A stretch of 63,351 nt of DNA, filler included, from Globobulimina sp. (Eukaryota): NCBI GenBank assembly GCA_003354225.1. It is 57 parts of 57 records of this genome, joined end to end, with 100 filler letters (N's around TTAATTAATTAA, not from the genome) between each part and the next. Parts side by side here need not be neighbours in the genome. Positions count along the whole stretch, not along the records: positions 1 to 1,014 come from PIVH01025773.1; positions 1,115 to 2,128 come from PIVH01025774.1; positions 2,229 to 3,242 come from PIVH01025775.1; positions 3,343 to 4,356 come from PIVH01025776.1; positions 4,457 to 5,470 come from PIVH01025777.1; positions 5,571 to 6,584 come from PIVH01025778.1; positions 6,685 to 7,698 come from PIVH01025779.1; positions 7,799 to 8,812 come from PIVH01025780.1; 49 more parts are not named here. One strand, 5' to 3'. The notes under the pieces were generated by a model, which saw only the letters and a program-made list of their open reading frames with translations, made no database searches and was not told the origin of the DNA. Below, one piece after another: positions 1 through 12,254 of the stretch; position 1 is the first letter of the stretch, and each line of letters starts with the position of its first letter. The position numbers and the translations under genes were made by a program.

Positions 1-137
1 ATGAACTAAAAGCAAAAACCCTATTCAAAGAAAAGATTTTAATGCACTTTTAGGGTTTTCGGTATGTACTGAATTTTTCAAAAACTTTTCGAACACTTAA
101 AAAATGACCATTATATTTACAAAAAAGTTGTAAATTG

Positions 138-527
138 CTATGGTGGTTGGAGTTTTTCTTCGGATTTCTCTCTTTCGTTTTTTAACACAAAACAACGGCG
201 AAAAGCACCAATAAATGCACCAAATACCATACAGATTAATCCATATTTCATGATGTATATGACACTATCTTCGTTGCTATATTCAGTCTCATTTTGCTGT
301 TCTTGAATCCCATCATAATTTTTTAAGTGTTTATCAGAATTGAAATAATAATCCTGTCTTTCCTTGCTATTCTTCATTGCCAATAATTGCCTCCATGCAA
401 CTTCCCCTTTTACATTTTTGGAATTACCATTGTATGGTTCAATTGAATCAAAAACGTTACCAAAACAATTTACAATCAACAGCATTATCAACAACGGCGG
501 CGGCGACATGATCCCATTCTGCTGCAT
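138..527 (-). CDS. Small single-pass membrane protein, unknown function
   Basis: Complete ORF with signal-like N-terminus (LLIMLLIVNCFG) and C-terminal TM (YGLICMVFGAFIGAF) followed by RR. Confidence 0.6.
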   Translation of the reverse strand: MQQNGIMSPPPLLIMLLIVNCFGNVFDSIEPYNGNSKNVKGEVAWRQLLAMKNSKERQDYYFNSDKHLKNYDGIQEQQNETEYSNEDSVIYIMKYGLICMVFGAFIGAFRRCFVLKNEREKSEEKLQPP

Positions 528-564
528 TATTTAAACATTTTGTTTTTCAGTCCAACTTGCAACC

Positions 565-1014
565 ATGGGTATAATAAAGAAAATCGGCATATTCATTGCA
601 GTAGTTATACTTACCGGATTTGGTTCATTTTTCACTTGTATTTCAATGATCGATGCCTCGTTTTTATCTCATTTATGGCTCCCATTTTTAGCCGTTCATT
701 GCATGATGGCATTGATGATTAAATGCATCCATAGCCGAGCGGACAAGAAAAAAGACCAAAAAACAAGATCAGGTTTATTTTTATCAACAGTGTTCATAGT
801 AGGAATAACTGGATATTCCATAATATTCACATCAATCATAATATCATTATGTGTCGATCCGTATTGCAAAGAAATGAGATCATCAGCAACTGATCCACTT
901 ATTATCTATGCCGTAATTGCAATATTAGAATATTTTACTTTGTGCACATTATTCGATTTATGTGTTATTAAATTCCCAGGGACTCGTAATTTATTCTACA
1001 GATTAGCCGTTAGC
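565..1014 (+). CDS. Multi-pass membrane protein, 3' partial
   Basis: ORF with about 4 hydrophobic segments. Confidence 0.6.
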
Positions 1015-1114
1015 NNNNNNNNNNNNNNNNNNNNNNNNNNNNNNNNNNNNNNNNNNNNTTAATTAATTAANNNNNNNNNNNNNNNNNNNNNNNNNNNNNN
1101 NNNNNNNNNNNNNN
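1015..1114. other. Artificial contig spacer N44-TTAATTAATTAA-N44 (first of 56, recurring about every 1.11 kb)
   Basis: Identical 100-nt spacer with six-frame stops between unrelated ~1013-bp fragments. Confidence 0.99.
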
Positions 1115-1383
1115 TGATTTTGACCCTACAATTGATGTATTTAAACAATTGACTTTGATTCGGTTATCACAGTTGTGAAAAACAGCATAATTTGACCATC
1201 TACTTTGAAGTACTTTTGGAAAATACTACCAAGATATAAATTGATCATACAGCTGACATAAATTAATCTAAATAAAGGAACATAAATTCATAATCCATTA
1301 ATATTCCGCATATGCACAATTAATCTGCCAGAAATACCTAAACAAAACAACAATCAACACAAAAAACATCAATTTCACTAAAC

Positions 1384-2128
1384 ATGAGCAAAAACATGAA
1401 CCTTACAATTCGCAAATCACTACTAAACAAGCATAGGAGCAAAAACATGAAAAAAAACCCTATAGCTACAACCCACAACATGAGCAAAAATAAAAAAGAT
1501 ACAAGTCAAGCGGAACAAGTTTACAAAATTAAATTTACTGCATCCCTCTTTGGTTGCATTGGCTTAGCATTTTATTATGGTACAGAACACAACTTAAATT
1601 ATTATCAAATATCAAGCATTGTAATGATGATATTCATGATTCATTTTCTTGTCACATTATTCAATATCTTACGGCAAGCAGATAATTTGTACTATATTAA
1701 AGTTGAAAGAAACAGAGTATCGATGACACCCGCATTATTTATTACGTCTGCTCTTCAAAGTAGATACAATGAGCCAATACCGACAATATCAGATTTACTG
1801 GCAATCGGTGGATCAAATCTTGATAAAATTGCATCGAGTACAATTTACATTGCAACAAGTATCGCCGCAAATAGTGCATTATCAAGTTCCATGACACATG
1901 GACTCAGTTATGATAAAATTGCAATTTTATGGTGCTGTGCTTCATTATGGATGATCCAAACGTTTCCACATTATGGACACCTAATGAATAGAGCAGAGTT
2001 TGGAATATCAGAGTTATTGCATGTGATAGGAGTTATTGGTTCATTTGGTGGTGCCTTTATTGCATTCACTTTACAGCAACAATTCTCAACACAATGTGGT
2101 GTGTTTGCTGTCGTGGTGATTTTGCTGT
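1384..2128 (+). CDS. Multi-pass membrane protein, 3' partial
   Basis: Long ORF with several TM-like segments; start uncertain (several Met). Confidence 0.6.
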
Positions 2129-2228
2129 NNNNNNNNNNNNNNNNNNNNNNNNNNNNNNNNNNNNNNNNNNNNTTAATTAATTAANNNNNNNNNNNNNNNN
2201 NNNNNNNNNNNNNNNNNNNNNNNNNNNN

Positions 2229-3062
2229 GATTTTTTGGGTTTCGACCAATCGATTTGAAAAATTAATTTGTTTTTTAATATCATTTTGTATTTTTAATTG
2301 AGTTTGTTGAAAATGTAATTGCTCTTTTTTTGATAAACAACACCAATTTGCATAATTTAATGCATGTTGTATATATTGAGAAAATTGTTGGATTGGATTC
2401 TTACAATCAATATTTCTTATTTCCTGCCCATATTTTGTAATAATTGTACATAAATTCCAATCGCTATTCATTTCCAACATGGTTCGATCTGAAAAATGTA
2501 TTTTTACTCTCTTATCTTTATAATATGTGAACTCACCAAATTTTGGATTTATATGATAATCCTTGACTTGATTTGATAAGCACGTTTTATTCCAATTGTT
2601 TGTTTTTGCCTTTGTTGTGGCATAAGCCAATGATATATTGTTTGACGTTGCAGTTTGTTGGAATCTGTTTATAGACAATGCATTTTCTAACAAATTCAAT
2701 GCGTTTTCTGCAATATTTGTTAAATCGTATGTTTGCGCAGCTGATGATGGTGGGATTGGTGGTATTGCTTTGGTACAATATACATATTCAATTGCTTTAT
2801 TATCGTAATGATGCATAAATTCTTTATTTTGAGTAGTGACTAAATACGAATCGTCCAACAATATAAAAGTTTCAACCAAATAATTTGGCGAATTAAATAT
2901 GCGATAAACCACATTTAATGTCCATTCAACAACAATTATTTGATTTGGTGGTATCCCATTTTGAGAACAATGAAAATATTCAATTGCTTTCCTGCATTCA
3001 TCAGATAATTTTGCCATTGTTTCTTGCAATGAATTGGAATTGCAATTTTCTTGCAATTGCAT
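2229..3062 (-). CDS. C5orf34-like (DUF4520/DUF4524-type) protein, partial
   Basis: Motifs VEWT...YR and GEFTYYKDKRVKIHFSDRTMLEM resemble my recollection of the C5orf34 family. Confidence 0.55.
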
Positions 3063-3342
3063 TTGTATTTGAGGTAACGGTGATTTATTTGACCTTAATT
3101 TTGTGTTTGATTTAATTTTATGTTTGGAACAATTGGAAGTAAGTAAATGTAACGGAAATGCCCAGCTAATATCATGATTATATATGCTTTGTACTTGTGT
3201 TTGTTGGATGTGATTGTAAAATATTAATGGTGATCCATCTGCNNNNNNNNNNNNNNNNNNNNNNNNNNNNNNNNNNNNNNNNNNNNTTAATTAATTAANN
3301 NNNNNNNNNNNNNNNNNNNNNNNNNNNNNNNNNNNNNNNNNN

Positions 3343-4281
3343 TGACTTGATTTTATTTGTTGATTGATATTTGGTGGCTGTTTTCGTTGGAAATATACGG
3401 TTTGTTTTTCAACTTCATATGATTTACCGGCTGCAGTTTGATCGTGATTAGATTTTGAGCCATCAACAAGTTGCGATGAATACATAATATCGGAACGAAT
3501 GCAATATTTAAATATATTTTGATTATTATTTGGAGTGGTTAACACAAGAGAGCCTTCATGAAATACTTCTTTTTGTTCAAATAACAAAACCATTCCAGTT
3601 TGCGGCTTAATCCAATAAGTTTTATTTTCATTTGTTGGATGTAAAAATGTGATTTCTCCGCCATTATAATTATCATTTAAGTATATAACGATTGTAATTA
3701 AGGATCGTTGCCCATTGTTTCTATATATTATGTGCAGTATGACGGATAAAATGTGCTTTTTATTTATTTACAGAACCTCATATACATTCCATCATAGTGT
3801 GGACCAAAATACTGTCCAGCGGAATAGCGAAGGAATCTTAGTCTTTCATTGATATCAATAATTCTTCGATTATCAAATTGCTTTGGTACAACGCATTTTA
3901 TCCGATTAAATACATAATTTGCAATATCTACATTATCAACACTCAATTTCTTGTGATTTCGAAACTCATTCATTGTCTCTGTATAACCAAAGCCTAAATT
4001 CACTAAAGCATCTTTGTAACCAATATTTTCGCTGAAATTGATCAATTCTTTGCATTCTTCTTGACTGTATCATATGGTTCGTGTCATTCATTGGGGGATA
4101 TATACATATCATATATAGTTCAAATATATAACCTGAACGCGTTGGGTACTACAGCAACATGTTTATCATTTAGACACGGTATTGGTATTTTAATATTGCT
4201 AGCAGTCAGCCTGGATTTGTTGTAATCTTTCTGGTGCATAAAAGAAGGGATTGAACAGTCTGAAGTTGGTAGTTCCGCCAT
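3343..4281 (-). CDS. 2OG-Fe(II) oxygenase (prolyl 4-hydroxylase-like); introns 4065-4132 and 3721-3776
   Basis: Spliced protein reads NAFSQEECKELI...RLRFLRY..GQYFGPHYDG...TIVIYLND.Y.GGE...HEG...KY.IRSDIMY (HxD...H triad); GT-AG introns restore frame. Confidence 0.9.
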
Positions 4282-4456
4282 GGTTTTTTTTTTTTTAACT
4301 TGAAAAACGTTAAACGATATATTCCAAAACTTGAAGTTCAATCAATTAAGATCATGNNNNNNNNNNNNNNNNNNNNNNNNNNNNNNNNNNNNNNNNNNNN
4401 TTAATTAATTAANNNNNNNNNNNNNNNNNNNNNNNNNNNNNNNNNNNNNNNNNNNN

Positions 4457-5440
4457 ACATAACATCTTTTTCAGCAAAAATCAAAATTTTTGTTCCGATT
4501 GTAAAAAAATTGCATATAATGATATTTTTGCAGTAGATTTTGATACAACAACCATATCATATCCATCATTTGATTATTTGGATGAATATTTATTGTCACA
4601 AAGCTCAGAGAGGCCAATGAAAATCTTATCCAATACAGAAACCGAATCAAGCAAAGCTACAGCATCCAAATATAAACCACGTAAGCAATATACACCGTTG
4701 GATTATTCCAAAATATCTGATGCCGAAATACAAATATGTACTGGCTTTAGTCCACGCCAATTACAAGAAATAATTAAAAATGCTAATGATAACATCGGGG
4801 GTAAGTATACTTTAAAAATTCGTAATTTATTCATAATTCTAACTATTTGGCGACATAATTTATCTTATCGTTTTGCCGCAACTTTATTTGGATTTAACAG
4901 TGCTGGAGCCATTGCTAATATTGTTGATGATTTTATTGATAATATGTTTGAGTATTATGTTCCAGAATTTATAGGATTCCCAGCTTGGAATTCTGCTAAA
5001 GTCAATGAACAAAACCCTCAGTTTGTTGACATATTATATCCAAATAAAAATATTGGTGGCGTTGGAGATGCAACATATATTTATTCCGAAAAGCCAAAGC
5101 AAAATTATCAATATCAAAGCTTAATATACAGTGAATATAAAAAGCGTCATTTATTAAAAATCCATGTTGTTTGCAGTGTTACGGGTCAAATAATATTAAT
5201 TGATGGACCATTCAATGCAAATCGACATAATAAAGATGATGCAATATGGGATTCTATTGTTGATGATTCTGAACATGATATTCACAAAATATTTGAGACG
5301 GGCTATGATGGACATTGGATGGTTCTTGATCGAGGATATCTTGGTTCTAAAACTAAACATAAATATCATATGCTAAATCCATCAAAGTGGTTAGAGGATA
5401 CAGAGAAGCAATTATCAACCAAAGAAGCTAATAACGGAAG
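4457..5440 (+). mobile_element. PIF/Harbinger-ISL2EU-type DDE transposase (DDE_Tnp_4-like), partial
   Basis: HTH region (CTGFS...WRHNLSYRFAATLFG), GDATY, YSEYKKRHLLK, DDAI, LDRGY, EAN.GR; splice donor GTAAGT at 5441. Confidence 0.85.
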
Positions 5441-5640
5441 GTAAGTTTAACAGTTTTTTCAAACTTACAANNNNNNNNNNNNNNNNNNNNNNNNNNNNNN
5501 NNNNNNNNNNNNNNTTAATTAATTAANNNNNNNNNNNNNNNNNNNNNNNNNNNNNNNNNNNNNNNNNNNNAATAATCTCGCTGTGCATATCAGACATTGA
5601 TATTAAGAATAAAATAGGATCAATGAAATGGAGTATATAC

Positions 5641-6584
5641 CTTTTTTATACATGGTGTGACTGACAACTTTGTGCTGATAAAATAAGTGATGATGTAATT
5701 GCACTTCGCATACAACTGTCCCTCGGGATTGCGGGCAATAAATATTTAACAATAAATCTCTGTATCCAAAGGCAATCTGATTGGGATTGAACCTATCTTT
5801 GCATCTTAAAATGCCGCCATTTGCTTTGCTTAATTCCTCAATAATTGTAAAACATTGATACAAATCGTCAAAAGTATCAAATACCAATGAACAGCGCAAT
5901 ATGTCTGTCAATCGACGGAAGCCTTTGTCTGCAAACTCTATGGAATAAACATAGAATGTTTTATAAAAGGCTCGTTCGATATTTTTCTGTTTGGCTTCGG
6001 GTTTTGTCAATATTTTAATATTCTTTTTGGCGCACTCAGTTTGTAATAATTTCAACCACTCTTTGAATGCAGTCAAATCTGTGTATGCTTGAAATATTAA
6101 GTCGATAAATGACAATGTATTGCAAACTGGCTTTGATTTTCTTTCATAAATTGATATATTTTTCGCATATTTCTTTCTCGCTTCTTCTTGTTTTGATTTT
6201 TCCTGTTTATTATATTGAGAATTAAATAGGCTTTCAATTAAAATAATATTTGTTAGAAACTCGTTCATCGCAGTTATTGTCATAATGTCTCGTAATAATT
6301 TCTTCTCTGTTTCTAAAGCTTTTCTTTTCGCATTTTCTAATGTTTTGCCATTTTGTTTGCCGGATTTACGAATCATTGCATTGACCGCCTTCTCTTGTTT
6401 CGACATAAAATCAAAATGATTTTTGATGATATCTACCAACTCATTTATTTGCCGCATAAAAGACGAGATTCCAGTCGCTTTTCCATCCATTTCTTTCTGT
6501 TTTAATTCAGACACTTTGTCAGAAACACAATTGATATCATTTGCATTTACGACTAACTGCGAGGCGGCAATGCACTCATTCTTT
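5641..6584 (-). CDS. RelA/SpoT synthetase-like nucleotidyltransferase domain protein, partial
   Basis: KQKNIERAFYK, LTDILRCS, KDRF, GYRDLLLN, CEVQLH; probable donor GTATAT at 5640. Confidence 0.75.
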
Positions 6585-6684
6585 NNNNNNNNNNNNNNNN
6601 NNNNNNNNNNNNNNNNNNNNNNNNNNNNTTAATTAATTAANNNNNNNNNNNNNNNNNNNNNNNNNNNNNNNNNNNNNNNNNNNN

Positions 6685-7248
6685 CAAAGGAAAAACCACC
6701 CGGAAATCCACCAGCATTGCCAGAGGATCCTCGATTATTGAAAAGGTTTTCAAATCCGAAGTTGTTGCCTTTACCAAAGAAATTACTAAAAATGTCTTCA
6801 AAATTCCCTTCAAAATGAAAATTAGCACCGCTTGGACCACTTTGTTGAGCAAATTCTTCATTATACCCACTGGCATCATACTTTTGTCGTTGGTCTTTGT
6901 CCGATAATAATTCATAACAATATGCGAGTTCTTTGAATTTTGACTCTGCCTTTTCTCGTTGATCTGCTTTTACTTTGTCTGGGTGATATTGCATGGCTAA
7001 TTTACGAAAGGCTTTCTTGATTTGTCTGTCTGTTACATCGGTTGCGACTCCTTTTGTTGTGTGTTGTGTGTTGCGTGTAAAGTTGGCAAAAAATGATGTG
7101 TTATAAAAATAATGTGCAAAATACCTAGTTTCTCATAGCAGTTCTTTTTTTTAGGTTGCCGTTGGCGTTGTGACCGCTGTCGGAATGACTCACTCGATGT
7201 GATTAATGACAGCGTGACTGTCAGGAGTATTAGTTTGATGTACGACAT
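6685..7248 (-). CDS. Signal-peptide DnaJ/Hsp40 (ER type, DNAJB9/11-like), intron 7051-7124, 3' partial
   Basis: Signal peptide, YEKLG|VATDVTDRQIKKAFRKLAMQYHPDK, G/F-rich region. Confidence 0.92.
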
Positions 7249-7372
7249 TTCGTTGTGATTATGCGCTTGTAATTCTTGGACGAAAAGATGTAAGTGACTT
7301 ATTTAAAAACTTTCGACTTTGCGTAAATCTAAATCGTATCTGATCAACGCTTGTTGTTTGTCAGCTGCGATT

Positions 7373-7698
7373 ATGAGTCTTTTCGATCCATTGGTATGCC
7401 TACGATTATGAAAAAAAAGCAATTTCAATATCTAAGTATATTACATTTCCATATAATATACAGTATGAAATAGAGTTGAAACCACCACCGACACTGCAAG
7501 AAATCACTAAAATCTTTGTGCAATTTGATGCATCGGGCACCAGAATAATGACTGCCAAACAAATCTACGCAGCCAGTAAATCCATTGAAAATCTTGGCTT
7601 TTCAGATCACGAATTACAGAATTACGTGAAAGAAGGACTAGACGTCGCAGGCGATGGCAACGGCAGAATACAAATGGCAGAGTTTGCCTCATATCTCG
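7373..7698 (+). CDS. EF-hand protein, intron 7394-7463, 3' partial
   Basis: MSLFDPL|YEIELK; FVQFDASG and DGNGRIQMAEF loops. Confidence 0.75.
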
Positions 7699-7798
7699 NN
7701 NNNNNNNNNNNNNNNNNNNNNNNNNNNNNNNNNNNNNNNNNNTTAATTAATTAANNNNNNNNNNNNNNNNNNNNNNNNNNNNNNNNNNNNNNNNNNNN

Positions 7799-8745
7799 TT
7801 GCGTATGACGGATTTGAGCCATCTGGAAGAATGCATATTGCCCAAGGAATATTAAAAACGATTAATGTAAACAAGCTGACCTCGACTGGCTGTGATTTTA
7901 TATTTTGGATCGCTGATTGGTTTGCTTTGTTAAACAATAAAATGGACGGCGATATTGATAACATTCAGTTAGTCGCAAGATATATGATTGAAATATGGAA
8001 AGCCTGCGGCATGGATATGGACCATGTTTATTTCCGACTATGTTCTGAAGCTATCAATGCGGACAGCAATGAATACTGGTTACGTGTCTTTGAGATAAGC
8101 AAAATGTTTAGCATTCATAGAACAAAACGTTGTTGCACCATTTTAGGGAGACAGGAAAGTGATGATATGCCAACTGCAAATTTATTGTATGCCTGCATGC
8201 AATGTGCTGACATTTTTTTTTTAGGTGCTGACCTTTGTCAGTTAGGAATGGACCAACGCAAAATCAATATGTTGGCCAGAGAGTATGCCATAAAAAATAA
8301 GATAAGGCCACCAATTATTTTATCACATCACATGTTGATGGGTTTGAAAAAAGGACAGGAAAAAATGAGTAAATCAATGGAGGATTCTGCTATTTTTATG
8401 GAGGACCGTCGAGAAGATGTTATTGCAAAAATAAAGAAAGGCTACGCGCCGCCGGGTGTGATTGACAGTAATCCAATTTTAGATTATACCAAACATATTG
8501 TCTTTGCTAAATTTGATACGTTTGAAATTGAGAGGAGTGCCAAAAATGGTGGTAATAAAGTGTATGACTCATATGATGCATTGGAGCAAGACTATAAAAC
8601 TGAATTTTTGCATCCGGCGGATTTAAAACCAGCCCTTGCAAATGCGATAAATGACATGATTGAGCCAGTTCGGCTGCATTTTAGAAATGATGAAGATGCG
8701 CGAGAACTGTTAGCTCGAGTTAAACAATTAAAGATCACCAGATGA
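7799..8745 (+). CDS. TyrRS: Cytosolic tyrosyl-tRNA synthetase, 5' partial
   Basis: YDGFEPSGRMHIAQG (HIGH-like), MQCADIF, QLGMDQRK, KMSKS, LHPADLK. Confidence 0.97.
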
Positions 8746-8912
8746 GGCAGTCACGCCCGGCCATGGTGTAAATATTTGTTGGGTTGTTTTTTTTTGTTAT
8801 TAATCAAGTGAANNNNNNNNNNNNNNNNNNNNNNNNNNNNNNNNNNNNNNNNNNNNTTAATTAATTAANNNNNNNNNNNNNNNNNNNNNNNNNNNNNNNN
8901 NNNNNNNNNNNN

Positions 8913-9784
8913 GCAAACCAAAGCATTTATTTGTATCATGGCAAGAGTCGATATGACAGCCGATTCAGACGTGTTTATGTTAGAATGTTTACCATGCGGA
9001 TCTAAAATAACAGCGGGTGGCAAAGTATTTGGCGGTAAAGAATGGTGTAAGCATAAATATGACTTAATTTTTGAAACTCCTCCAAGCACTGTGGTCATTG
9101 CAACAGATTCACAAAGAAATTGCATGCGAATTATTGATCAGAATAAAAAAGAAAATGAGAAGCATACAGCAAATTTCATGTCAGATGTAGCAGAATTAGA
9201 CAGATTGGAATCCGCAGCAATGAAAGAATACGTGATAAATTATATGAAAGACAAGATGAGTTAGAGGATGAATTAGAATGTGCATTTGCAGAAAGAAGAG
9301 ATAAAATTATGGGAAATCTTAACGGATTACAACAACATAAATCTAAAAACGAAGAAACAAAGGAATATTGTGAGGATTTATTGATTGAGCGGTATATGCT
9401 AGAAACAAATATGGGATGGAATATGATATCTCAACCTATACATTGATTGATAATATTAATGAATATATTGGTTTTGTCAACGATGACTTGGTTGCTGTAT
9501 TTAGTGACAGTGCTTCCAGCGGGAGAGTGGTGAAGCAGTTATTGACATTGTTGGTAAATGACCAAGATGGTACTTCTACACTCTCCAGTTTTTGTAATAT
9601 AGATAATGAAAGGGACGATATTGGTAAAATAGAGTTGAAATATGCTTTTATTGGAGGCTCTGTAGCGATTTGTAGTGGAATCATAATCGGTGTTATCGGG
9701 TTTTATTGGGCAAAGAAACAGAGATTCTGTATTGGAAAAAGAAACTATTGCATTAATCACACAATAGAGATTTTTTATATATAG
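8913..9784 (+). pseudogene. Disrupted or chimeric coding sequence ending in a single-TM C-terminus
   Basis: Protein-like sequence changes frame near 9250 and 9390 with no obvious introns. Confidence 0.35.
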
Positions 9785-10026
9785 TAACAATAAGAAACAG
9801 TTGACTTTCCTCCTCATCCGCATCATTATCATTATCATCTTGCAAATCCAATTTGATTTTGGCAATTTCAACTCGCTCACGAAACAATTCTTGTTTCATA
9901 TCTTCAACTTCTTCCCGTTCCGCCTGNNNNNNNNNNNNNNNNNNNNNNNNNNNNNNNNNNNNNNNNNNNNTTAATTAATTAANNNNNNNNNNNNNNNNNN
10001 NNNNNNNNNNNNNNNNNNNNNNNNNN

Positions 10027-10817
10027 TCGCTTTGCATCAATTGTTGAAATTTAAACATATTTTCTTCGTCCATGGCTCCATTTTCTCTCATTTTCATAAG
10101 TTCCTTAATTTGCGGAAATTTATTAGCCATCGAATTAAAACTATCGATCCAATTCGCATTTGATTGTTTGTCAAAATCATGTATATATTCAATTGCATCC
10201 AATCTATCTTTATTTTCAAGCAATTTCATAAATTTTGTGTAATATGATTTACATGGATTTTTTGGTGCGACTTTTGTATTAATATTCCAATTAATACTTA
10301 AATTATATGCGGTTTTATATGAAATTCCTGCCATTTCATATTTATTTTGTTTTTCTAAGATGCACGCATATCTTAACCAGCCTTTATAGAAAGTTGGTCG
10401 TATATTAACACACTGTTTTGCATCAATAACTGCATTTTCGTAGTTTGCTAATAAATAATAACAACATGCGCGGTTGCAATAAATTAAGTGATTATTTGGA
10501 TTAAATCGAAGAGCTGTTGCATATTTTATTATTGCTGATTCATAATTTTTTAATTTAAAATATTTATTTCCTTCAACTTTATATGTATCACTTATTTGTT
10601 TGTCATTGTCAGATATAAAATTTATTGGATCTTCACTTTCTGTTTGATATTTTATCGGAATTACATATTTATTGCATACATCAATTATTACCGATGCAAC
10701 TTTATCACCATTTGATCCGATGACTCTACGAATGTATCCGGGTATCACCATTCCATAATCTACATTTCTTTGCTCTGTTTCTGACATAAATTTATGTCTC
10801 TGCAATTCCGATGCCAT
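10027..10817 (-). CDS. TPR-repeat protein (STI1/HOP-like TPR), 3' partial
   Basis: KVEGNKYFK...AIIKYATAL..NP.NH.IYCNRA.C...A..DA..C..I.P.F.KGW.R. Confidence 0.9.
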
Positions 10818-11140
10818 CACAGTAAAAATGTCGCTAGGTTTTGTTTAGCACTGACTATAAGATGAGAGTATTGAATCGCTTCGGCAGTGTCTTATTCAGA
10901 ATTGAAATATCTCCAACAGACTATTTGAGAGAGGTATGTAGATCGCAATTTTCATTCTTAGAACTTTTCTTATTTTAAATCAAATCCTACCATGGCGAAA
11001 AAAACATAAAATAAATTGTGAGTGTGGTGATGCACAGATTNNNNNNNNNNNNNNNNNNNNNNNNNNNNNNNNNNNNNNNNNNNNTTAATTAATTAANNNN
11101 NNNNNNNNNNNNNNNNNNNNNNNNNNNNNNNNNNNNNNNN

Positions 11141-12154
11141 CGCTGAAGATGGAATCTCTGAAAAATATGATTTTCTGGGAAATGCGAAATGCAGAAAAAA
11201 TGCGAACAAAAAGCCTCGGAATTGATTGGCATAATGCAACGGGAGAGAATAAACCGAGTGACCTTTATACCATTGAATCGGTGCAAGAATGGCGAGAATA
11301 AAAGGAAATATCCCGGAGGCTCTGCAGACGTGATACCGATAATGAAATTATTGCGTTATGATGACAGCATTGAGGGCTTAGATGGTGCGCTGCAGCAAAT
11401 CTTTGGTAATACGCTGATTCCACACGACTTAAATATTGGTTATGAATATGCGATACGCGAAAATTATCAATGCGTGACTTTGGACGGTGACATTGTGACA
11501 AGCGGCGGTGCCATGGATGGCGGATATAATGTCAATAAATATAAACGCTTGAAGTGCTATAATTTAATTGCGGAAATTAACCAGAAATATGAGACATTGT
11601 TGGCGGATAAGGCCAGGAATGAGGATAAATTGCGAGAGATTGAAAATGAATTATTATTGATTGATAATGCAATTCGCGAGAATGACAATTTAAACAATAA
11701 AATCCGAAACGATTTGACTGAAAACAAGGAGAAGTTAATTGAGATTGAGGAAGAGATTGAAAACGAACAAGAATTGAAAAATAATAATTTAAACATATTA
11801 AACAAACACAAATCGAATATTTTGCGGATACAAAGCAGTATTTCAAGCATTGAAAAGGAGATGAAACAGGCTTTGAAAAATAGGCTAAGTGAGGCGGAGG
11901 AGTTGGAATTAAAAAATATTCAATTTGAAAATGAAAAAATCCGGGAAAACTTAGCAATTTGCATCATTGAAAGCGGCCGCATTGAAACTGAAAAATCAAA
12001 ATTATTATCATTATTACGCGACAATTTAAATGCAAATAAGAAAGAGTTATTACACAAAATCAAGAAATGTTTACTGATAAACAACAACGAACAAAGCATT
12101 GATTTGACATTAAATAAATTGCAAAATGAAACTGAGAAGAAAGAAAATCTAATT
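11141..12154 (+). CDS. SMC3: Cohesin SMC3 hinge plus coiled coil, internal fragment
   Basis: RVTFIPLNR, QIFGNTLI, CVTLDGD...GAMDGGY hinge motifs. Confidence 0.85.
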
Positions 12155-12254
12155 NNNNNNNNNNNNNNNNNNNNNNNNNNNNNNNNNNNNNNNNNNNNTT
12201 AATTAATTAANNNNNNNNNNNNNNNNNNNNNNNNNNNNNNNNNNNNNNNNNNNN

